DNA of 64,000 nucleotides, taken from Azolla caroliniana (lineage: Eukaryota; Plantae; Polypodiophyta). Below are positions 37,819 through 50,145 of the stretch, one piece after another (the stretch's first letter is position 1; every line of letters starts with the position of its first letter). The translations under genes and the position numbers were made by a program. The stretch covers positions 15,066,001 through 15,130,000 of the forward strand of contig JBHGNT010000009.1 in NCBI GenBank assembly GCA_043228905.1, written 5' to 3'. A model generated the notes under the pieces. The model was not told the origin of the DNA. It saw only the letters and a program-made list of their open reading frames with translations, and made no database searches.

Positions 37819-39879
37819 GTCCTTTCTCTTTAACATTATATTTTCATGTTTATTGTTATTGCATATATTGTTTCATACATAAAAGCTCAAATGAGCGAGA
37901 TGTTTATCATGCATCACATGCATGTCTTGTACCCTCCAATGCATCATATGTATGGGGGCACCTATTTAAAGGGTGAAAGAGAAGATCAAAAGGGGAGAAG
38001 TATGAGATATCAATCAAATTATGTATTACATAAGAGATATCACAAAAATAGATAAAGAAGGGAAGAAGCTTAACATAAAGGTGGAGCTCTAGCTTGGCGG
38101 TCGTGGTGGTCAACTCTCAACAAGAGGGAGGCGGTTCGAGCCTTATCTTCATCAAAATATTGAAGTGAAGATTGTAATGGTCTACGATCAAGAAAGAGAA
38201 GAGTGATTACCTTGCAAGACAAAGTTCGGAGGTTCAACGACGTGTACAATTATTTTGTAACTCTTTCATGAAAATGATTATAAATTTCATACACTTTCTC
38301 ATATATTATTTTATATCTTATCTTGTCTTATCTTAAATTCCTTAAAAATCCTATTTTGTCATATCTTATTGATCTCTATTCACTCCATCTCTACTCTTTC
38401 GTCTCTTCCGTCCATAATCCCAGTGATTCCTTCCTCACTTTCATGTTATCCTTTGTGTGCGCAACGCTACGCTTCTAGGCGAGCCACGTCACGACAACAC
38501 ACGTGTGCGTGGATGCGTACACGGGGTGGTCGGGACGCGCGCATAGATGCGTACACGGCTCGGTTGGGACACGCACGCACACACGTGGATGCATACGGCC
38601 CGGTCAACACGTGCGTGTCTGCGGACGTGTACACGGCTCGATCGGGATGCGTACACGGCGCTTGTGTGCAGACGCGGGCGTGGATGCGTACACCGAGTAG
38701 TCAGAACGCACGCCCACGAACCCGTCTATGGTTCGGTTGCAATGCATGGTTTGGTTGCAACGCACATACAGATTACGCACGGGCTGAACTTTATGGATGA
38801 TTGGATCATGTGGCCAAATTATATGAACGATCGCATGTAACTAAAAGTAAAGGTCAAGCAACTAAAAAAGGAGGCCATGCAACTAAAAGTAAAGGCTAAG
38901 CAACTAAAAATGGAGGCCATGCAACTATAAGTGGACACATGCAAAGGACCATGGGAGGCGATGATCAACAAAGAACTTCGTATATGTTCCACTCTTTTTT
39001 TCTCTAGTTTTGTTTTCCCTTCTCTTCTTCTTTTTTCTCTTCTTCTCTCTCATATTCAAATCGGACCACTCCTTACATGGTTGTTGGTTCCTTTCTTTCA
39101 AGAATGATCTTTTATATTCATACCCAATCCATTGTAACATGATTCTAGAATTATAAAGAATTTATTTTTCTTTTGCAAGAAACAAATGTTTTCTCCCTCC
39201 TACTTGTCTTATGTTTAAATGTTGCTTGTGTTGTACGGGTGCGCACTAATTCCTTCCTGTCCATAACCCCGGCGGTTCCGACGGATTATCATGACAATGT
39301 GCTGCTATGGAGGAAGAAATGCGGGCACTTGATGCCAATGACACATGGGACATGGTTGACCCTATTATTGCTAGGGCCGGACAACAGCCTAGCATAGGGT
39401 GTCCACTTAAGACACTTTACCAAAGGGTGGTACGGTAGAATGATTTACGGCACAACGCTTAATCAAACCTTAATTGGTTACTTAGCAATCCGTAATTGAC
39501 ACGCGTAAGATATAACAATAACTACAGAACGGTAATCAACACTGGAAGATTAAGACAATAAGCTTTATTAATTATCTGCTCCTGATTACATTGTAACCGG
39601 GCCTTTATATAGGTCTCCGGTGCGAAATACAAAACGGTGCCAACCGGCACCTTTACGGGATCGTTCCGGATCCGGATCGGCATACCGATTCCGGTCCGTC
39701 CGTCCACATCTTCTTATATAATAATATATATATTAAGACTACTAATTACAACAGTTCCCGAATAACTATTCCTTTCACACTCTGGTTTGGACCTCCTTAA
39801 GCCTTCTTGTCGGCCGGTAACACATGGCACGCCCGTGGGCCAGTACCTTGTACGTCGAACCCATTATCTGGCCCTTTTA

Positions 39880-42053
39880 CGCTTCTTCCAAAATGTCCAG
39901 AATGCTTTGCTCCAAAATTTCCAATGGCTCGTCGGGAATCTGTTGTTGTTGCTGTGGCTGCTGTTGTTATTCCGTTTGTGGCTATGGCTGCTACCCCGTT
40001 TGTGGCTGTGGCTCCGTTTGTCGCTCTAGCACCGGCGTTTCCTTCGTTGGTTCCTCCGTCGGAGTTGTCTGTGGCTGACTGACCCCGGCCTGTTCCCCCT
40101 CCGGTCCTTGCACCGGCGACGGTTCCTCATCACTAAGGTTGACCGTTGCCGCCTTTCGCGCTTTTTCTTCCTGGAGCCGGGACCACTCATAGTTTTCAAA
40201 CTGGATTTGAGCCTCCAGTCGATCGTCGTCCAGTTGAGCTACGAGTTGCCGGACCTACACCAATTGTTCATCCGCCATGGCTGTGAAATCTTCCGCCAGC
40301 TCATCCCTTATGGCGGTGAAGTCCTCCGAGGTCAGTGTATAACAGTCGTCGCCCTCCTTTCGCCGGTTTTCCACGTCCGCCCTAAGCAATTGGAGTTCCG
40401 CCGTATTCTGTGCCCATTTCGCCCACCAACGCACCGAGCTGTCGTCAATCAAGCTTTTGGTCTTAGTGAGCCATGACCAGAGGATGCACTGGATCCGTTC
40501 GGCTCCCATCTGTGATTTATTTTCTGCGGCTTGTCACTCTTCCTTCAAATGCTTGATGATCCAAACCGTGTCCGCCTCCTGCTCCCTATAATGCGACAAT
40601 TGATTTTGATAGGTTGTTTGCAACCTTTGTAATACCATTGTGTTGCGGTTAAGGCCATTTTTGCCATATCTCCTGTGATCCGATCCAAGTCTTGTTCGAG
40701 GCTACGGATCCTTGATCGAGCCGTCTCCAGTTCATCGGTTGTGACAAGCAATTGTTCCGTTTGCGCTCTTTCCTCCGTCTCTATGCATCCGACTACTTCG
40801 GCAATTTGGTTTCCTATCCACCGGAGCCATTGGTTGCCGGTGCACTGTTGTTGCGCTTGCACGAAGAGTTGGCTGATGGGTTCACTCGCCGGTGGCTGGT
40901 CCCGCCTTACTGCGTCAAGTTGCGCTTCTGGTTCTGCCAGTTGACTACTTTGCCGTTCCGGCTCTAAGTGTGTTTCGGCTAGTCGCCCCTTGTTTGCTTG
41001 TTCTTGGCCGGCTGGGAAGGTTGGCCTTTGTTTATCCGGCTCTTGGGTGACGGGGCTTGCCAGTGCTGCCTGTTGTGCTAGGACTTCTGTGACCGGTTCC
41101 ATCCGAACCGGTTCCGGTGCCTCCCTTAGCGTGGGTTGCTCAGCGTGAGTTGTGGGCGTTCCATCCTTCTGTGGGTCCGAACGCTTCCCGGCTGATTCAG
41201 CGGTGCTCTTCACCGGCCACCACTAGAGGTGCTCCGTGGGTTCTTCCTCCATTTCTTCCGCCTAAGTCCCGACATTCATTCTTGCCGCCAGGGTGTCCGT
41301 TTCCTATTGCACCGGTCCGTGGAGTGGGCTCTTCAGGGGTCGTGCCGGTGTCTCCTCACTTGCATCCGCCGACCGCTTCCGGTTGGCGCGCTCCTTCGCC
41401 GCCTTCTCTGCGTCGGCAGTCTTCCCCTTAGTGGCCTTGGAGGCCAACAGTTGTTGCCGTTTCGAAGCATGTTTCGGGGTGCCGTCCATTGCTCTTCCCC
41501 GCTTCTTGGTTTGGACGGTCTCAATCGGTGGTGCCAACAGGGTGAGCCATTGTGTCACCGCATGCCATATTTTCCGGCCGTCCTTGCCGTCCTTTCCTCT
41601 TACTATATCAATCGCCATACACAGCCTGTCGGCGATCAGCACCGGCCAATCTACCTTGACCCCTTCCTATGTTGTGATGATCAAGCCTGCTCGGTTCTGA
41701 GGCATGACGGGGGGTCGAGGGTACACGTGGCCGAACTCATGGAGCACCCTGGCAATTTCACGGAATAGCATATCTTCGTCGCCCTGTGTCCTGTAGCCCT
41801 TGCTAGCTAGAGAGTACTCACTGAAGTATTTGATGAGTTGCTCGGAGGTAGGATTGTCGATCGTGTAGATGCCTCCCTCGGGAAGGCCTATTAACGCACG
41901 GATCGCCTCCTCCGTGATCACCTCTGTGTCGATTTCTTTTATAATCTTTTCAGCCTCCTTGTGTGGCGCCGCCTCCATGATCGTTAAGAAACCCTCCAGA
42001 CCATGTTGCCGTAACCATTTCTAGGCGGCTTCAGACATCGTTTGGCAGTCCAT
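39880..42053 (-). pseudogene. Extra sense ORF downstream of pol in element D
   Basis: ATG at 42053; fragments 41667-41978, 41304-41642, 40545-41213, 40255-40509; ITEEAIRALIGLP, KVDWPVLIA, coiled-coil-like and Q/P-rich C-terminus. Confidence 0.75.
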
Positions 42054-42487
42054 CTCTGCGTCAAGGTCGAAGAGTGTTGGCGAGGTTTGATGGTGGGGAG
42101 AGTGTGAGAGAGAAAGTTCTGAGGCAGGGGGTTCTCTGTGTGCGAGCTCTCTACGATTGATCTTCACGTGTCGCTCTGCGTTTGTTCTCCTTGGTTCGCG
42201 ATAGGAGAAGGTCTCGATACGTGGGGGTTTTTCTCTCTACATCTTGGCGCCTTTTTCAAGCCTCCGCATGTGCAGGTCGTGTACTATAATAGCATTGCGT
42301 GCCATGTGGCGGTGGTTTAATGTCCTATTCATAGCTCCTCGTACCTTTTCGATGTGCCTCTTTACTCCTCGTGTGCATGGCCATTTCCACCACTCCTTTC
42401 CATGATTTATTTGATTCGCTCCTTTTTTCTTTTTCTTTTTTTAATTTTTTAATTTTTTAATTTTTAATTTTAAAATTACTTGTGTGG

Positions 42488-45400
42488 TTAATTTTTCTCC
42501 AGTCCTGTCGGACCTTTACCCGAAACGTGCAACTTGCCGGCCTCTTGACGGTTTGCCGTCGTTTTGCTCTCCTCGGTTGCCGGCTCATGCTCCTCCTTAC
42601 TGGCTTGGTGGTAGCCGTCGTCTTCACCGGTTGCCGTTATGGTTGGCCTGCCGGCATCTGATTCAGTGGCGGCCCTTCGTTCAAATGGGTTCTTTGGCAT
42701 AGGTCCTTTGTATGGTTTTAGTCTAAATCCGTTGACCCATTTGCCTAGCACTTCTCCGGCAAGTGTTCCCAACTGGTAGGACCCATTGAACTCGCGTGTG
42801 ATCCAATACGGTCCGGTCCATCTAAACCGTAGTTTACCTGGCATTTTGCCCATCCTGGTCTGGAACACGAGTACCGGCTTGCCGGTTCCGAACATCTTTT
42901 CGTTTCCCTTCCGGAGCCGATCTACAAATGCTTTCCATCTCCATTGTTCCAATTCCAGGTGCATAATGCTCGCCAGTCGGTGTTCTTCCAGTTCACACAA
43001 AGCCTTTATTTAACCGAATTGCCTCTGATTCCTTTTCGTTCAATCGTTCCCGAATCTGAATCCGTAAGCTTGGTACGTGGAACTCGACCGACATGACTGC
43101 CTCTAATCCGAATGCTAACCGGAACGGTGTTGTTCGGATGCTTGTTTTGTACGTTGTCCGGTAAGCCCAGAGCGCATTGTGCAGCTTCGTGTCCCAATCT
43201 GTCCGATTTTCATTGACGATCTTCTGGAGGATATTCTGGAGCATTTTGTTCGTCGACTCAGCTAACCCATTTGCTTGCGGATAGTACGGTGTGCTTTGTT
43301 TATGTACTACCGCATAGAATGTCGTCAAACTTTCTACCACCTATCCAAGAAAGTGCCCTCCTTGGTCGCTTATTAGCTCTATGGGGCATCCGTACCAGCA
43401 CCAAATGCATTCGTATAAGAATTTTGCCGTTGACGCCGCGGTGTTGTCTCGTAGGGCTTTCGCTTCCACCCACTTAGTGCAGTAATCCGTCACGACGATC
43501 ACGTGCCGGTTTCCGGTTCTCATTGCCAATGGTTTAAATGGCCCGAGAAAATCCAGCCCCCATTTCTGGAAAGGTTCTAGTGGTAGGACTGGCTAGTGTG
43601 GCATCCGAGCTTGTTCCGTTGGCTGACCCATTCGTTGGCATAGATCACACTCCTTCGCATACCAGACTGCACCTTTCAATGTGGTCGGCCACCATAGGCC
43701 ACTTTGCCATACTTTCCTTGCCGTCGCATCTCCGGCATAATGGCCTCCGGCGACTCCGCAGTGTGCCTCCGTAGTATTACCTCCTTCTCGTCACTGCGCA
43801 CCGCTCGTCGCCAGATACCGTCCGCACCATTGTGGTATAGCGTGTCCTGTAATAAACAGAAGTGCCGGCTCTGTACCGCCAGGCGTTTTCTCTCGTCCCG
43901 GTTCATCTCCTCCGGAGGCAATCCGGTACTCAGAAACTGGTGCATATTAGTTAGCAACTTATCTTCTTGTGCCATCATTTCATCTGTTGCCGTTTTCGTG
44001 ATGACTCGAAAAAGCTCTGCATCCAGAAACTCGTCCGGTACTCCGTCACCTATCTCCCCGGAATCTAACCGGTTTAGATAATCTGCTACCGCATGCTGCA
44101 TGCCGGGTCGGTGGAATATCTCAAATTCGAACTCTTGCAACAACAAAGTCCACCGGGCCAACTTACCGGTAAGTGATGCTTTGGATACTAGGTAGAGGAG
44201 TGCCGAATGATCTACATGGAAGGAGAACTTTCTTCCCAATAAATAATGCCTGAATTTTGTTACATTGTAGATCATTCCTAAAGCTTCCCTTTCCGTGGTA
44301 GAATAATTTCGTTCTGCTTGGAATAGCTTCCGGCTGGCATAGTACACTGGCCGGTACCACCTTGGCTCGGTAAGCTGCATGAGCGTGCTGCCGATTGCGA
44401 TATCGAAAGTGTCCACGAACACATGAAACTCTTTACTCCAATCCGAAGGCTGCACTACCAGTGCTTGTGACAATAACACATTTAGTGCCCGGTACGCCTT
44501 GTCTTCGATGTCGGTCCATTGGAACGGTGTTCGATGTATTGCCGCATGCAGAGGTGTAGCCAGGTTTGCCAAATATCGGAGCATACGGCTATGCCAGCGG
44601 ATTTGTCCTAGGAAACAACTCAATGCCTTTGTCGTTGCCGGTGTCGATGCTTCCAGGATTGCTTTCACTTTGGCTGGATCTACGGCAATGCCTTCCTTGC
44701 TCACTATATGCCCTAGTAGCGTTCGGCTGGACACTCCAAATACACACTTCGCCGGATTCAGGCTTAGCCGGTACGCCCTACACTTCTCTAGACATAGTCT
44801 GAGATGCTGCAAATGATCTTCCTCTCTGCTATAGACGGCGAAGTCGACAAGGAACACCTGCATAAAAGCCGGCATGTATTCGCCAAAGATCTCCATGATG
44901 ATCCGTTGGAATGTTGTTGGTGCGGTTTTCAGCCCGAACATCATCACCACCGCAACAAACACTCCCCATTCGGTGACGAAAGCCGTTTTCTCTTGATCCT
45001 TAGGGTGCATCCGGATCTGATTATACCTGCTGAATCCGTCTAAGAAACTGTAGACTTCATGGCCGGCGACGGCTTCCAAAACTCCATCCGTAAACGGAAG
45101 TGGAAATGCATCTGTTACCGTTGTCGCATTGAGCTTCTAGTAGTCGACACAAACTCTAATTTTGCCATTCTTTTTCGGTACGACTACGATCGGGCTCAGT
45201 CATGTAGATTTCTTTATGGGACAGATGAAGCCAACCCTCAGCAATTTGTCGATCTCCTCCTTGACTTTGGCGGCGTAGTTTGGGTTCATCAGGTACCGAC
45301 GTTGTGCTACCGGCTTGGCGTCTTTGCTCAGATGTATCTGGTGTTGATACAACTGAGGATCCAAGCCTCTCATATCCTCGTAAGACCAGGAAAATATGTC

Positions 45401-48321
45401 GCGAAAATCATTGAGTGTAATTATCGCCGTTTTGTTCTCTGCATTCATTTCTTTGGCGATGTGCACTGGTTTTGCCTCCTCTGCCGTTCCTAGATTTACC
45501 TCTTCTAATTGGGACGCTTTTACGCGCTGGGATACGGCCATTTCCCTTTCCAATGCCTCCTGCGCATGCCGTAACTCCCGGATTGCTTCTTTATCCGGTT
45601 CTGTTTCGTTTCCATCCGGTTGTAGTAAGTAGGGTGATACCGCTTCGGTGACGTCAATTTCGAATAGGGGTACAATCTTCGGGTTCTCCAACAAGTACTG
45701 CTCTTCTTCTTTGTCTGCTAATCCTTCCAGCATATTGACACACTCTGCATATAACGGTGTCAAATCCTTGGCGGTGCCCTTCCTTGGTTGTGTTGGTACC
45801 CGTACCTTCGCTTTTCCCCACCGGAACGTAATCATATTCCTCCTCCAGTTCTGCTTGATATGTGCCGTCTTTAACCAAGGGTGTCCCAGCAATAATGGGT
45901 ATGCTCCTTGAGCCTGCAACTGGAGAACTACGACTGATATTCGGAATGTGTGGCCCCCGATGGTTACTTCCAAGTTCCATATTAATCCTGTCGGTCGCAC
46001 CGACCTTGTGTCTACCATTCGGAGCCAAAACGGACATGGCTCCGACTCTTGGATTCCAAGAGCATCGCACGTCCGGAGGTTGATTACATTAACGCCGGAG
46101 CCTCCGTCTATTATCGTGGCGGGGAGTTCTTTCCCTTTCATAATGTCCATAATTGCCGGACTGTTGGTGTCCACCACGGCCGGTCCTTCCTCCGGATTTG
46201 AGAAGAATGCCGGAGCCGGTGGTGTGCCGCCTGTCGTCATGCCGGGCTTGAGTCCTTCTGTGAATATTGGTACTAGCTGCAAGAGTCGTCCTAACGGCAG
46301 CGTGATCTGGCATTCTTGCAATGCCTGCCATGTCGCGTTTTCGGACTGACTGCCGCCGGAGAGCTCCTCGGTGTTCTCCTTTTGCTGCGCGAGTTCTGCT
46401 ATGTTTCGCTCGTTTGCCTTTTTCACCCATTCCGTCGCCTATTTCCGGATGGCCTCTTGTGTCTCCCATTCCGTCGTCTTGCCCTTCGACCTTGTGGTGA
46501 CCTGTTGGAGGTCTGTGACTTCGGCGACTACCATGTTTACGGCCGGTCGTTTATCATAGCTCTTTGTCGGACATTGATTACTATAATGTCCTTCTTGCCG
46601 GCAGTAATAGCAATATGCTTTCCGGGTGTTGCTGGATTCGGCATTGTTTCCTGTACCCGGTGGAGGACTTGTGGTAACCGCGGGGCTCTAGTCTGGTTGG
46701 CTGCTTGAGGCGCCTTTTTCCGGTTCACGTGGGTGGCTCCCATTTTTGAAATGCCGTTTTTTATTAAAATTCTTTTTGTTGCAGTACCCTTACCAGGGTT
46801 GGTCGTCATACCTCCTGTAATCTTCCCGTCGTTGGTGATACCCGGGGGAGTGATCCCGGTTGTGATGCTCGTACCGTCCATTGTAATCTCGGTACTTGTC
46901 ATATCTCTTGTACCGGTCATAGTTGTCTCGCCGATTGTCGTACCGGACATCTTGTGCCGGTCGATATCACTCCTCTCGTCGCCAGCGTTCTTCTTCTTCG
47001 TCTCGGCTGCTACGTGGCTCGATTTGCCGGACTGGTGGAGCTTGCCAATTCAATAAGTTATATTCGCACCGGTCCATCGTGTGGCTCGTAGATTGGCAGA
47101 GTAAGCAGTGCATCCGCATGGTGCACTCCAATGATGAGTGTCCGGAATTCAAGTAGGTCGTGCATTGGATTGCTTGCCGGAAACGAAGATCCTCATCGGT
47201 TGGTAATGCTCGTTGGAGGGCTCCCATTGTTAGCCAAGAGCTCGTTTTCTCCATTTCTCTAACCCGGTCGATGACCTGGTCGACGGTGCTTGTGCGAAAT
47301 TCGATGACCGTGCATACCGTTCGTAGAGGTTCCCGGAGCGCGGCTAAAAATATAGCCCGCATTTCCTCCTCCGGAGGTGCGCGAGTAAGCTGACTGTGCA
47401 TCCGTTGAAACCGGATGACAAACTGTGGGATGCTCTCCCTGGGGTCCTGCTGAATTGTATAAAATAAGCCCACCATTTCTCGCTGATCCACCTCCTTCTA
47501 GAAGAAGTGCAAGAATTTGTCTTTCAGGTCCGCAAAGGTGGTGATGGTGTTGCGATCCTGCGTCCGGTGCCATCTGGCGGCCAGTCCTTCTGATGTCACG
47601 CCGAATTCGGCTATCTTAGATCGTTCCTCTTCTGCCGCGGTTAACCGTTGTGACACATGGTTCGCTTCCCATGTTTGTTCAAACGCGTGAACATGAGCCT
47701 CCGCGTTCGGGTCCTCCTGATACTTGGAGTACTGGAACGGCATGTCATCGTCCGGTGTCGGTATGCGAGCTGGCGGTGACGGTGGTCTTTCCTGCTGTTC
47801 TGTCGGCATCTGAGGTCTTTGCCGGTCTTCCTTTGGTGTTGTCGGCTCGACTTCCAGTGTTGGAGGTTTTTTCCGGTGCACTTCCGTCTTCGAAGGTTGC
47901 TCCACGACGAGTGCCGGAGGTTCCCAGTCTGCCAACTCTAGTTCCAGTGTCGGTAAGGTATCCGACTCCTCGTCCTCCGATCCTCCTGGGTGTCGTTACT
48001 GCTGCGATAGTTCGTATGCGAGCTGTAACCCCCTTCTGAATCCGATTCCAGCGCTGAAAATGCTTCGGATTCACCGTCTCTTCCGGCCAAGGCCTGGAGA
48101 AGGGTTTCCGCTTCCCAGAGGCTGCTCAAGCTGCTTCCTTCGTCCGGGTAGGCGTTTTGTTGCAGACGGAGCAACTCCTCCGCCACTTTCCGGATCACTT
48201 TGGAAAATGATCGATCCATTCGAATTTCTTCCGTTGCTTGCTGGAAAGCCTCTCGCCGCCGTCTCCGTTCAGCAAGTCTTCGTGCTCTCTCCGTAACCGG
48301 GTCGTCTGTTAGCCTAGTCAT
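42488..48321 (-). pseudogene. Element D gag-pol
   Basis: ORFs 47938-48321, 47498-47935, 46967-47491, 45200-46426, 43676-45079, 42993-43340, 42488-43000; IIDGGSGVNVI, FLDGFS, GKLRFRWTGPY. Confidence 0.94.
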
Positions 48322-50028
48322 CCATTCCTGCCGTTGTTCACTGCGATTATGCAGGAATCGTGGTCGCCAAAAATTGTGTTATTGCTAGGGCCAGACAACA
48401 GCCTAACACAGGGTGTCCACTTAAGACACTTTACCAAAGGGTGGTACGGCAGAATGATTTACGGCAAAACGCTTAATCAGACTTTAATTGGTAACTTAGC
48501 AATCCGTAATTGACACGCGTAAGATATAACAATAACTACAGAACGGTAATCAACATTGGAAGATTAAGACAATAAGCTTTATTAATTATCCGCTCCTGAT
48601 TACATTGTAACCGGGCCTTTATATAGGTCTCCGGTGCGAAATACAAAACGGTGCCAACCGGCACCTTTACGGGATCGTTTCGGATCCAGATCGGCATACC
48701 GATTTCGGTCGGTCCGTCCACATCTTCTTATATAATAATATATATATTAAGACTACTAATTACAACAGTTCCCGAATAACTATTCCTTTCACACTCTGGT
48801 TTGGACCTACTTAAGCCTTCTTGCCGACCGGTAACAGACCCTCCCCGATAGTGTAAACCGATCGGTTGCAAATGGGTGTACAAGGTAAAGTACAATGTCG
48901 ACAGTTCGGTCAACCGATACAAGGCCCGATTAGTGCTGAAGGGTTGTCAGACGTTGTTGAGCTCCTATTTGAGCTGCCACTTGTGAGATGTGGTGTTGGC
49001 GATGAAGACCCTCTTTAGGTTCCCCTAGGCATCGTTCGACAACTTTGCATCTCTTATGTACCCAAGCATCTGGTCATGGACACAAATGGCAAAGCAGTAG
49101 AAGACTCGGCTTGCTACTTGCACCCAAGTTGGGAAGTCTCTGTGTGTTGGCTGTGGTGGTACCTGTTGGGAAATCAGTCCCTCTGGATGGGATCCGGTTA
49201 TGAACGAAGAGGACCCGGTCAGAACCGGAAGAGAAGACATACTTGTAAATAGGTTTTGAGTAAGCCTATTGAGGCTATATTTGTAAATAGCCCTAAGTTC
49301 ATATAAGTATAAATATGAGTTAGGGAAGTCACTTTATAGTGAGTGTTATTGTCATTGTGAGGTTATCCATATTATTGTTGAGATAACTGTTGTATAGAGA
49401 GAGAGAGAGAGAGAGAGAGATACAGAGTTATACTCTACTGTAACCCCCAGTTGGCGAAGATACAGAGCTCGAGGTCGTTGCCTCTTTAGTCTCTATTTGT
49501 ACCTTTCCTACATAGTGATAGTTCGGAGGCTGTGGGCTCCCGTGGTTTTTTCCCTATTAGGGTTTTCCACGTAAACATCCTATGTATCCTCTATTGTTCT
49601 TTGTGTATGTAAGTGCGCTCACACCCTACTTCCCATATCTATGTTTGATTTCCATCCAAGTGATTCAAGGCTCGGTTGTGTTAGGAATAGTACTAAAGCA
49701 GAGATGAAATTAGTACTAAGAAGAGCAGTACTATTAGTACTAAGAGGACGGGACTGCGTAAGATTCCCGAGAGAGGAAGTGAGAAGAGGAGAGAGAGAGA
49801 AAGATGATGACAGCAGCTAATATATTATGTGAAAAGATAAGTACAAAGCGACTGAGAGGCTTAAGACTGGCGTTGAACCAATTTGGTTCGACATAATGCC
49901 TAGTGCCTTCTTTTATAGTGTTGTCAAGAGTAATCCTGAAACTTCTAGAATGTTCTAGAGAAATCTGGAATATACATTACTTTCTTATAATAAAACATAA
50001 ATGAAAGTAATATCCTATGAATTACAAT

Positions 50029-50094
50029 AGATGGTGTGATGGTTAAGAGCTCTACCCATATACCATAAGGTCATGGGTTCGAGTCTTGCCATCT
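50029..50094 (+). promoter_or_regulatory. tRNA-like Pol III cassette in 3' LTR U3 of element H
   Basis: TGGTGTGATGG (50032-50042) ... AAGGTCATG GGTTCGAGTCT (50076-50086); AGATGG/CCATCT terminal stem; spacing 44 nt. Confidence 0.7.
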
Positions 50095-50145
50095 CATGAC
50101 ACTATCTCCCCCTTAAAGACGACGAGTGGAACGAGTCGGCGGTGA

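Larger units (their letters stand above)
37436..38496 (+). repeat. Solo LTR with 8-bp inverted termini TGTCGTGA...TCACGACA
   Basis: Perfect terminal inverted repeat; 4-bp TSD ACGC/ACAC (CpG decay); TATTTAAA near 37963. Confidence 0.82.
37416..39296 (+). repeat. 5'-truncated LTR (ends GACGGATTATCATGACA) hosting a solo LTR
   Basis: ACACGGGGCGGTC-type repeats continue across the insertion (37416-37435, 38497-38770); ~42-bp tandem at 38835-38925; TATAA near 38925; CT-rich U5. Confidence 0.68.
39363..48836 (-). mobile_element. Full-length Athila/OTA-like Ty3/Gypsy element D with extra 3' ORF
   Basis: 460-bp LTRs 39363-39822 and 48377-48836; perfect TSD GACCC; PBS TGGCGACCACGA at 48369-48358; colinear with element C. 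Confidence 0.95.
39297..48945 (+). pseudogene. Short Bryco-like Copia RT fragment (39297-39362 and 48837-48945) split by Gypsy D
   Basis: AAMEEEMRALDANDTWDMVDP|[23 protein letters not shown]. Confidence 0.88.

Noticed and set aside
49395-49420. (GA)n microsatellite as an independent feature
   Set aside because: Simple slippage expansion within the Copia E LTR, shorter in the 3' LTR.
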